Assembly: GCA_050298055.1 (NCBI GenBank)
Contig: JBNKTL010000042.1
Span: forward strand, 1-45,232
DNA: 45,232 nucleotides
Reading direction: 5' to 3'
Origin: Spirochaetota bacterium
Lineage (GTDB): Bacteria > Spirochaetota > UBA4802 > UBA5550
Shown: positions 37,579-45,232 of the stretch, piece by piece
How positions within the stretch are numbered: position 1 is the first letter of the stretch
How the letters are laid out: each line of letters opens with the position of its first letter
Position numbers and translations under genes: made by a program
The notes under the pieces: model-generated
Told to the model about the DNA's origin: nothing
The model's input: only the letters and a program-made list of their open reading frames with translations
Databases searched by the model: none

Positions 37579-38634
37579 ATGAGAAAACGCAGTATAACCG
37601 GAAGAAAAAGGCGCCGGATAGTTATCCGTATAATTGTCCCCCTCGTTTTTATTGTAAACTGCAGCAATGTATTCAGCGACCTTCCCTTTGTGGACAATAC
37701 GCCCCCTTCGGACCCGGACCTTTTCACGGCGGCTTCGGGAAACGGCAGGGTGGTCCTTACATGGATAAATCCCGTTGAGCCCGACTTTTCCGGAATAAAA
37801 ATCATCAGGAAGACCGATACTTCTCCGGCTTCCCACACAGAGAACAGCGCGGTTTTCACCGGGACGGACGTCCGGTATGTTGATACCGGGGTTACAAACG
37901 GCAGCGTCTACTACTATACCATCTTCTCATATGACGATAAGGGCAACTACTCGGCGGGAGTCCGGGTAAAAGGCGACCCCTCTCTGGGCGCGGACGCCAC
38001 GGCGCCGGGGAATGTCACATCAATCACGAAAACATACATTACGTCCGCGAGCTACCGGTTTAACTGGATCAATCCATCGGACAGTGACTTCCAGGGGGTC
38101 AGGATCATGAGAAGCAGCGGGGCCTTCCCCTCCTCCCCCGGCGACGGAACAGGGGTCTACGATGGAAACGGGACCACGTTCACTGACAGCGGCCTTGTCC
38201 CGGGCACAATATACTACTATACCATCTACGCCTATGACGGGGTCCCCAACTACTCCACCGGCGCCCACCTGGTGATAACGGCAGGTTCCGGTGACCTGGC
38301 GCCCCCCGGGGAAGTGACCGATCTCAGGGCGGAATACAACCATGCAACGAAGATAATCCATTTCACCTGGACAAACCCCGCCGATCCCGATTTTGCCGGT
38401 GTCTTAATCGTGAAAAAGATGAACAACGAACCCGACTCCAACAACGACGGCTATAAAATCTCCAGCACAACAACATACGCCGATGACGAACCGGGGGCCT
38501 ACCGTTACTACTACAAAGTGTTCACATACGATACGAACCAGAACTACTCCAACGGAGTGAATGCCGCGGTCCTCTATAAAACACCGTGCGAAATACCCTA
38601 CCTCAACCTCGGCTGCTGTGACGGCTGCAAATAA
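37579..38634 (+). CDS. Lipoprotein with three fibronectin type III-like repeats and a Cys-rich tail
   Basis: FIVNC lipobox; three copies of W.NP...DF.G..I...YYY....YD...NYS.G. Confidence 0.85.
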   Translation: MRKRSITGRKRRRIVIRIIVPLVFIVNCSNVFSDLPFVDNTPPSDPDLFTAASGNGRVVLTWINPVEPDFSGIKIIRKTDTSPASHTENSAVFTGTDVRYVDTGVTNGSVYYYTIFSYDDKGNYSAGVRVKGDPSLGADATAPGNVTSITKTYITSASYRFNWINPSDSDFQGVRIMRSSGAFPSSPGDGTGVYDGNGTTFTDSGLVPGTIYYYTIYAYDGVPNYSTGAHLVITAGSGDLAPPGEVTDLRAEYNHATKIIHFTWTNPADPDFAGVLIVKKMNNEPDSNNDGYKISSTTTYADDEPGAYRYYYKVFTYDTNQNYSNGVNAAVLYKTPCEIPYLNLGCCDGCK

Positions 38635-38680
38635 TTTGTCATATTATGCTTTATATTACGCTTATTAATGGGTAGTGCGA

Positions 38681-39196
38681 ATGTTCGTGAAAAAAAGCAG
38701 GTTTACCGAACTCTTCGATCTCTACTACCCCATGGTGTTCAGCGCGGTCCTTACAAAGGTGGACAGTCCCGATGACGCGGAGGACATATGCCAGGAAGTC
38801 TTTATCAGTCTGTACAACAAGCTGGATGAGATCCGGGACGTCAGGAAGTGGCTCTACGGGACCCTGCGGTTCGAGGTCCTGGCCTATTACAGGAAAAAGA
38901 ACAGGAACCTCAGCATGGATGATGTTTTCGACAACGTTGCCCTCACCTTTGTGAACGGGTTCCGGGACACCCGGATCCTCATCGATGAAGTCCTGGAAAA
39001 GGAATCTGCGGGCCTTGATCAAACCGAAAGGGAACTTCTGGAGCTCATCTCCGTGTACCGGTACACCTACGAAGAAGCGGGAAAGCTGACGGGGCTCACA
39101 AAAAGGCAGGCCCGGTACCGCTACGGCCTTATTGTTGACAGGGTCCTGGACAGCCTCTCAAAGCAGGGGATAAACTCCCTGGAGGAACTCTTATGA
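38681..39196 (+). CDS. ECF RNA polymerase sigma factor
   Basis: DAEDICQEVF, WLY, YTYEEAG..GLT region-4 HTH. Confidence 0.85.
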   Translation: MFVKKSRFTELFDLYYPMVFSAVLTKVDSPDDAEDICQEVFISLYNKLDEIRDVRKWLYGTLRFEVLAYYRKKNRNLSMDDVFDNVALTFVNGFRDTRILIDEVLEKESAGLDQTERELLELISVYRYTYEEAGKLTGLTKRQARYRYGLIVDRVLDSLSKQGINSLEELL

Positions 39197-39981
39197 CCTC
39201 CAATACCGGACTCTACGAAAAGCTGCTGGAAAAGTACGGGATAAGCGCTCCTCTTCAGGAAAAGAAGAAGAACGAGGTCCTTACCCGCAAGAGAAGCCTC
39301 TACAAAAAGGTCATGAAAAGGAAAGGGGCCTACGGCATTGTCATTGCAGTTGTCTCCTACATCTTCTTTTCACTGAGAAGAAAAGGGATGAGGATATCCT
39401 TTATACAAAGCGCGGTAATCACGGCCGCAGCTGCCGCGCTCCTGACCCTTTCGGCTGCAGGAGGTTTTTACTTTCTTATTAAGCGGATAAAGGCTCCGGG
39501 CATTGAAGAGATCAAAACAGTTGAACAAAAAGAAGAGAATAAGCTTGATATCGAGAAACCCGGCAGGGCCGTCACGGAGCATAAGGAAATATCACCGGGG
39601 GACCATCAGACCTTGCATGTTAAAAAACAGACAATCAGGTACTCTCCCCTGAAGGCCGGTAAAGACCTCTCAAAAGAGGCCGCTCTGCTCACCGGGAAAA
39701 TAATCGCTCATCTGAAAATGCAAAACAGGAACCTGTCTGTGATACCCGCAGGTTCAAAACAGGGCGGCACCCCGGACATGATACTCATCGGCTCCCTTGA
39801 ACCCGAGGGCAAGAGCTATACGGTGAATACAAAACTGGTGGATATGAAAAGCACAAAGGTGCTCTTCATGAATTATTATACGGTCCCGTTGAACGGGGAC
39901 CCCGATAAATCCGCGGAGATTATCGCGAAATCATTGTCCGGCATGCTTTCAAAAATTGATAAAAGGGAACAAAAAGATTGA
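39193..39981 (+). CDS. Putative membrane anti-sigma factor with C-terminal FlgO/CsgG-like domain
   Basis: ATGA overlap with the ECF gene; TM helices; D.ILIGSL...YTVNTKLVD. Confidence 0.6.
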   Translation: MTSNTGLYEKLLEKYGISAPLQEKKKNEVLTRKRSLYKKVMKRKGAYGIVIAVVSYIFFSLRRKGMRISFIQSAVITAAAAALLTLSAAGGFYFLIKRIKAPGIEEIKTVEQKEENKLDIEKPGRAVTEHKEISPGDHQTLHVKKQTIRYSPLKAGKDLSKEAALLTGKIIAHLKMQNRNLSVIPAGSKQGGTPDMILIGSLEPEGKSYTVNTKLVDMKSTKVLFMNYYTVPLNGDPDKSAEIIAKSLSGMLSKIDKREQKD

Positions 39982-40985
39982 AGATAAGATTGCCAAACAG
40001 ACAGTTGATTACAACAGCTGTTATATTTATTATCCCCGCATCATCATTATATGCTCAAAATAAGAAACCCGCGAAAAAGAGAATAGCCGTTCTGCAAATC
40101 AGCGCCCAGGGTGGTCTCTCATCAACCGGCAGGACCTTAAGGAACAGTATAGAGTACAGGCTCTTTCAGACGGGTTTCTACGATATCCTGGAAAGGGAGC
40201 AGGTTGATATCATATTAAAGGAGAAAAAACAGAGAGAAACTTTATGTACAAATAAAGAGTGCGCCGCGGAGATAGGTTCCCTTGTCTCGGCGGATTATGT
40301 GATAATCGGCACCCTGAGCAGGTCAAAGGAGTATGATATTCATGTCAAGGTCGTCAACGTCAGGGAGAATACAATCGTCGCAAACATTGCAAAGACCAGG
40401 CCGTCTCTTGAAAATATCAGGCCCTTTTCCGAAAAACTCGCGGATGAGCTTCACGGGAAACTCCTTGATATTGACAAAGGGATACGGCCCCGGACCGGTT
40501 CCATACTCTTTTCATCGGACTTTAGCTACCTGGCGCCCATGGGAAATTTCGCCCATATACTGGACACCGGTTACGGGGTGACACTCCGGGGAGGGATAAA
40601 AAACACCCCGGTGGATAATCTCTTTCTCGGCCTGTCACTCAACGCTCTTTATTTCAGGGGAAAAAGCAGGATGACCCATCATGCCCTGCTGCTGCCGATC
40701 TTTCTTGAAGCGGGCTATGAATTTGATCTCAACCCCCTGTCAGTTTTCCTCTTTGGAGGGGGAGGCGGAAGCTACAATTCAAACTCCTATTACAGGTACA
40801 CAAGCGGGACGGGCTATTACACAATAAGCAGCTGGCAGTTTATGACCCGGCTGGGTGCGGGGATAAGCCTGACCCTGCAGAGATATTTAACCGTCAGTAT
40901 AAAATCCGCGTTCTGGCAGATCTATGAAGAAAACTCTACCGTCAGTTTCTTCTCCTTAAGCGCGGGGATCGGCCTGAAGTTTTAG
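39978..40985 (+). CDS. CsgG/TolB-N-like domain fused to an outer-membrane beta-barrel
   Basis: Signal peptide, IAVL, ILER, C...CAAEIG....ADYVIIG; alternating strands ending in GIGLKF. Confidence 0.75.
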   Translation: MKIRLPNRQLITTAVIFIIPASSLYAQNKKPAKKRIAVLQISAQGGLSSTGRTLRNSIEYRLFQTGFYDILEREQVDIILKEKKQRETLCTNKECAAEIGSLVSADYVIIGTLSRSKEYDIHVKVVNVRENTIVANIAKTRPSLENIRPFSEKLADELHGKLLDIDKGIRPRTGSILFSSDFSYLAPMGNFAHILDTGYGVTLRGGIKNTPVDNLFLGLSLNALYFRGKSRMTHHALLLPIFLEAGYEFDLNPLSVFLFGGGGGSYNSNSYYRYTSGTGYYTISSWQFMTRLGAGISLTLQRYLTVSIKSAFWQIYEENSTVSFFSLSAGIGLKF

Positions 40986-41063
40986 TGGAATGATTTATTG
41001 TATAAACCTTACTGAAATTCAATAATTAAATCTTCAACTCGAAACTCGCAACCCGAAACTAAC

Positions 41064-41267
41064 CTACACCCTCCCCTCCTTCACAAGCTTCGCGAAGTGT
41101 TCAAATGACCTGTCATAACTCCTCTCCCCCGGGGTATCAAAGACACAGGCGGGCAGTTGCCGGGACCTCAGATGATAGCTGATACAGTCACAGCAGACCC
41201 CCTTCCGGGAACAGGGCTCGTAGGTGCAGTTACACTTTGCCAGGTTCTGTTCTTTTTTGCATTCCAT
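41064..41267 (-). CDS. Small Cys-rich protein (DUF6485-like)
   Basis: CNCTY..C.RKG.CC.C..YH....LPAC.F, YDRS; GAGG SD. Confidence 0.8.
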   Translation of the reverse strand: MECKKEQNLAKCNCTYEPCSRKGVCCDCISYHLRSRQLPACVFDTPGERSYDRSFEHFAKLVKEGRV

Positions 41268-41384
41268 GTATTTTCCTCTTTTTAATTATTTCATTGTATT
41301 CAATAACTTTTCAGGTTTCTCACAGAGCTCACAGAGAATTTTATAATTCTTTTTACTTTTTTTTCCCGCATCTCCCTTAATGAT

Positions 41385-41503
41385 CCCCCATCCCCCTGAG
41401 GGGGCGTAAGATTCACAACCAAAATTTTTTTATACCCCCTTAGGGGTACAGTAGGTCTTACTTTACTCTCTTGTGCCCCCTTTGGGGGTTAGGGGGTCTT
41501 CCA
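41385..41503. repeat. Family B element (inverse of 6877-6955, with internal insertion)
   Basis: CCCCATCCCCCTGAGGGGGCGTAAGA...TCTCTTGTGCCCCCTTTGGGGGTTAGGGGGTCTTCC. Confidence 0.8.
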
Positions 41504-41512
41504 GGGCTAATC

Positions 41513-42424
41513 TTACAGAGTTTCCCTGTCCGCGAGGACCATCAACGCATTGTAGATATTAATAATATTGTCCGCGAGAAAACTGAAGTTTAACGTATCA
41601 AAGGTGTCCTCCCTGCCGTGATAGTTATCGTTCCTGTAAAATCCCGTATCAGTGAGCATAATGGCGGGATAACCGTGATGGACAAAGGATGAATGATCGG
41701 AATGGCCCACACCCGGGACCGATGCCGGAGCAATAAGATCATAAATTTTATTCACGGCCCTGCTGTTATACGCTTTCTTAAAGAGAAGCGCCTGTTCACT
41801 GCTTGAAGGAAGGGCCACAACGGTGAAAAAATCCCCCCTCTCCGGATACCTGCTGCTGTTCCAGCCCGGGGGATAGTTCTGACTGATATTTTTTCCCCCG
41901 TAGCCTATCATCTCCAGGCAGATCATCAGCCTGATATCTTCATTCCTCTCCCTGCATCCCGCGGCATGCACCCTGCTTCCCATCCGTTCGGTTGAAAAAT
42001 AGGGGGGCTCCTCCAGTGTGAAAGCCGTAAACCTTACCGTTCTCTTAAAAATCGAACCCGCCGCAAGCCTTGAAAGTTCCAGGAGCCCGGCAATGCCCGA
42101 GGCATTATCATCCGCCCCGGGAGTATCCTCAACCGTGTCGTAGTGCGCTCCCACAAGGATTATCTCCCCGGGTTTTTCACTACCGGTGATTTCCGCGGAT
42201 ATGTTTGCCGTACTCTTTTCTTCCACTCTGTAAGTTTCCTCAACGGGATCATATCCGTATTCCCTGAACCGGCCGTTGACATATTCCCTTGCGGAATCCA
42301 GGTTTTCGTAACGGCCAAGGGTCCTCTCCCCCAGTTCCCGGGCCAGGAACCTCACCGTTTCCCGTGACGATAACCGGACCTCTTTTTTTATTCTGCGGCT
42401 TTGTATATTATCGATAAGTTTCAT
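41513..42424 (-). CDS. M28 family peptidase
   Basis: GAHYD, PGADDNASG, LEE, SDH, YH...D. Confidence 0.92.
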   Translation of the reverse strand: MKLIDNIQSRRIKKEVRLSSRETVRFLARELGERTLGRYENLDSAREYVNGRFREYGYDPVEETYRVEEKSTANISAEITGSEKPGEIILVGAHYDTVEDTPGADDNASGIAGLLELSRLAAGSIFKRTVRFTAFTLEEPPYFSTERMGSRVHAAGCRERNEDIRLMICLEMIGYGGKNISQNYPPGWNSSRYPERGDFFTVVALPSSSEQALLFKKAYNSRAVNKIYDLIAPASVPGVGHSDHSSFVHHGYPAIMLTDTGFYRNDNYHGREDTFDTLNFSFLADNIINIYNALMVLADRETL

Positions 42425-42518
42425 TTGTCTCCCATAACAGGTTCTGTAATATTTTTATCTCGTTTGCAATTATCAAGAATTTTTTGCTCTTTATTCCATT
42501 ATTGATCTACTGATGAAA

Positions 42519-42660
42519 ATTGTAACTGTTCGGCTCTATGGCAAAAATAACGTGTTTATCAAAATACCGACAATGTGTCCCCTCCGCCGAAGACGGCGGG
42601 GACATCAGTTATGTATTATTTATTAACATGCCTATTTTATACAGAACTGAATAGTTTCAT
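42519..42660. repeat. Family A palindromic element copy 3
   Basis: Ends ATTGTAACTGTTCGG / CTGAATAGTTTCAT; central TGTCCCCTCCGCC-GAA-GACGGCGGGGACA. Confidence 0.75.
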
Positions 42661-42808
42661 TAAATATGATCATTGTGAGAAATTAATTGTTGCAGGAAAA
42701 TAACTCATTTTTTAAAATTCCTTGACGACAATGCATTAATAGAATAAAATCAATTTACTTAACGGGAAACGAAGCAGGATTGATAATAACGATACCGGGT
42801 AATGGAAA

Positions 42809-43213
42809 ATGGAAATATTTGACGGATTTATATCTGCGGTGGCAAAAGAATTCAGGATAAAGTTTCACAAGGATGCCAAAGGAGCATATTCCACAAAAAT
42901 TGAATTCGAAAATAACAGGTCGCAGGATGTTCTCATAACCCTCACGAAAGACGAGTCCGGTGACAAACTCATCAACTACTATTCAATCATCGTAAAAATG
43001 AAAAAAGAACTGTGTGAACTCTATAAATACTCGCTCCAGATGAATACAACACTGGATTACGGAGCAATAGGCCTTCTGGATGATAAACTGGTCCTTATAA
43101 ATTCAATACTTTTACAGGATTGTGACCCCAGAAGATTCATGAAGTCCCTGACGTATATTGCCGCTAAAGCCGACGAGCTTGAAGAGATACTCATACAAAA
43201 AGACCTCTACTGA
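42809..43213 (+). CDS. Hypothetical protein, YbjN/CesT chaperone-like fold
   Basis: NRSQ.V, L..N..L.YGA.., IA..ADELE pattern. Confidence 0.6.
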   Translation: MEIFDGFISAVAKEFRIKFHKDAKGAYSTKIEFENNRSQDVLITLTKDESGDKLINYYSIIVKMKKELCELYKYSLQMNTTLDYGAIGLLDDKLVLINSILLQDCDPRRFMKSLTYIAAKADELEEILIQKDLY

Positions 43214-43227
43214 TTTGAAGAGGCCCA

Positions 43228-44715
43228 TTAATCCGATCGGAAGAGCCTGTTGAGATATTCAAGCTTCTTTCCCAACTCCCTGTTGTATTCCACATTGACC
43301 GGACTCTCGTCCCGGAACTTCCATTGGTGAGAAGTATTGGCAAGTTCCTTATTAAACTGCCAGGCATAGGTGAACACCCTTCCGTCGAGGCTTTCCAGCG
43401 CTTTCATCTGTTCCTCTGAGATCCAGCTGCCCGATATTCCGGTTTTTAATTTCCCTGTGTCTACCCTGATATGATAAATTTCTGAAAGCCTGATGATCTT
43501 ATTGATGGAGCTGTTCCCCTTTATCCCGGTGTTCCCGTAAAGACTTTTTATCTCCCCTTTGAATTCACTGGCCCGGGGGAATCTCTTCCCCTTTATTTTA
43601 AGAAGGGGTTTGTGGCTGATCTTTTCTGCTTTGAGGACCTCCATGACCTCTTCCGTGACCCTGTAGCTTACCGTCCTGTAGACCCTCTGGTTGAAGACAT
43701 TCTGCAGTATAAAGAGGGAAACAAGACAGATAACTCCCGCGATAAGAGGTGTTGTTATCCAACCGGAACCGATCCTCCCCAGGACCCTGTAGTTTATCCC
43801 CCTCCCTCCCCTGATGAGCCCTATCCCCATAACGGCGCCGACGATGACCTGGGAACTGGAGAGGGGAACAAGAGGCAGTGCCGGAAGCCCGTTTCTCAAT
43901 AACCAGAACTGAAGGTCCTGTGACGCGAAGATGAACATGACAAACGATGAAGAGAGGACAACAATAAGCGCCGATAAGGGCGTAAGCCTCACAATATCAT
44001 TCCCCACTGTCATCATGACCCTGTAAGAATAGGTAAATATTCCAACGGCAATGGCGAGACCGCCTATGATAAAGAGCTGTTCCACACCTTCGATCACCAT
44101 GAAATTAATATCAATTGACGTAAAGGGTGACACGGGAACGAAAACCCCCATGACATTGGCAATATTGTTCGCCCCCAGGGAATATGAGCCGAAGGCGCCC
44201 ACCAGGATGAGACCCAGCCGGTTATAGAAATCAATTGTCAAAAGATGCACTCTCAGCCTGTTGAGAAATCTCTTTACAACAAGGTATATAATCATTGAAA
44301 AAAGGGCCGAGATAACCGGCGATAAGATCCAGGAGAGGACTATCCTGGTCAATGAGCTGTAGTCAATAAGCGAACCGGAAAAGATGTTCCACCCGATTAT
44401 GGAACCCACAACCGCCTGGGAAGTGGAAACCGGAAGGTTGAGCTTTGTCATCCAGTAGACCGTTACCGCAGCGGCCAGGGCCACAACAAAAGCCCCGGCA
44501 ATCTCATTGACCGCTCCCAGTTTTTCAAGGGTATAAGCGGCCCCGGAACCGGAGAGCCCCGCCCCCAGGACAACAAAGACACCGGCAATAATCGCCGCAG
44601 TCCTGAACCTGACCATGCGGGTACCCACGGCCGTGCCGAAGATGTTCGCGGCATCATTGGCCCCCAGGGTCCATCCGAGAAAGAGACCGCTGGACAGGTA
44701 TATCAGGAAGTCCAT
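43228..44715 (-). CDS. PiT family inorganic phosphate transporter with C-terminal soluble extension
   Basis: GANDAAN, PVSTSQ, GANNIAN, PLSSSQ. Confidence 0.93.
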   Translation of the reverse strand: MDFLIYLSSGLFLGWTLGANDAANIFGTAVGTRMVRFRTAAIIAGVFVVLGAGLSGSGAAYTLEKLGAVNEIAGAFVVALAAAVTVYWMTKLNLPVSTSQAVVGSIIGWNIFSGSLIDYSSLTRIVLSWILSPVISALFSMIIYLVVKRFLNRLRVHLLTIDFYNRLGLILVGAFGSYSLGANNIANVMGVFVPVSPFTSIDINFMVIEGVEQLFIIGGLAIAVGIFTYSYRVMMTVGNDIVRLTPLSALIVVLSSSFVMFIFASQDLQFWLLRNGLPALPLVPLSSSQVIVGAVMGIGLIRGGRGINYRVLGRIGSGWITTPLIAGVICLVSLFILQNVFNQRVYRTVSYRVTEEVMEVLKAEKISHKPLLKIKGKRFPRASEFKGEIKSLYGNTGIKGNSSINKIIRLSEIYHIRVDTGKLKTGISGSWISEEQMKALESLDGRVFTYAWQFNKELANTSHQWKFRDESPVNVEYNRELGKKLEYLNRLFRSD

Positions 44716-44724
44716 GGGGTTCCC

Positions 44725-45232
44725 CTACACAATTCTCTTTATTGTGGCAATGGCTATCCGCTCGGAAACACTTTCGGCATAATCGGCAAGTATATCAATT
44801 TTGTCCACAAAGGACTTGAGGTGCATCTTTACGCTGAGGTCGATCTTCATTCCGAATATCTCTCTCTTGAGCGTCTCAGCGATATGGTCTGCTTCACTCT
44901 CGTAAAACTTTACCTTGTGAAGATGGTCTTTCACCGCGGTAATATCGCTAAAGTAGGCCCGGACAGTATACGAGAGAGACTCCACCGCGAGGACCACCTG
45001 CTCAGTGAGTTGGAGATATGATTTCTTCAGTTTTGCGGGAATGACCGGCTGTTCAATGGCAAATCCCTGTATGGTATGCTTTGTCCTGTCGATTATACTG
45101 TCCATTCTTTCCAGTACACCCAGGACGTCCCCCCGTGATTCGGGGATAAGGGTCTCCCGGTAAAGCTGCCCCTCCACATTTTTTCTTATTGTGTCCGCCT
45201 CTTTTTCAGCCTGGCGAAGTTTATCCAGTTTG
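44725..45232 (-). CDS. DUF47/PhoU-like phosphate transport regulator (5' end outside the window)
   Basis: E.EAD repeats, LIPESRGD, IA.IKR; reading frame open to the window edge. Confidence 0.88.
   Translation of the reverse strand, partial: KLDKLRQAEKEADTIRKNVEGQLYRETLIPESRGDVLGVLERMDSIIDRTKHTIQGFAIEQPVIPAKLKKSYLQLTEQVVLAVESLSYTVRAYFSDITAVKDHLHKVKFYESEADHIAETLKREIFGMKIDLSVKMHLKSFVDKIDILADYAESVSERIAIATIKRIV

Noticed and set aside
37272..37859. 195-aa minus-strand ORF
   Set aside because: Antisense to the FN3 lipoprotein and running through repeats and hairpins; no protein-like motifs.

Overview
Bacterial chromosomal window, probably from an anaerobic spirochaete-like organism (inferred from spirochaete-style lipoprotein signal peptides and the gene repertoire). 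Housekeeping content: argB, tRNA-Ser(TGA), tRNA-Ser(GCT), tRNA-Arg(ACG), two rRNA methyltransferases, and a PiT/DUF47 phosphate uptake pair. Signalling content: REC-HD-GYP, an HD protein, two ECF sigma/anti-sigma units and a 7TM-AraC regulator. Also present: two B12-binding radical SAM enzymes, an MMPL/LolA-like/outer-membrane operon, cytochrome c peroxidase, several toxin-antitoxin modules and an AT-rich island of secreted proteins (about 31.4-35.4 kb). Main observations: (1) a selenoprotein split by the ORF track (DUF166-like, in-frame TGA in TPPT-U-C followed by a SECIS-like hairpin); (2) a C-terminal Cys motif, YxTPC[DE]IPxxx[IL]xCC..C, shared by two otherwise unrelated lipoproteins and loosely by a third, a candidate sorting, anchoring or modification tag; (3) two covarying double-hairpin elements with A(N)GGA loops resembling CsrA sites, both in 5' leaders; (4) an exact TCGTATTAATA promoter-like motif upstream of three DNA-binding or TA genes; (5) an S74 fibre gene with a sharp compositional break, in an island bounded by degenerate direct repeats; (6) several families of dispersed palindromic intergenic repeats. 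No CRISPR array, reverse transcriptase, integrase or transposase was seen. Product calls come from recognising motifs by eye, without database searches.
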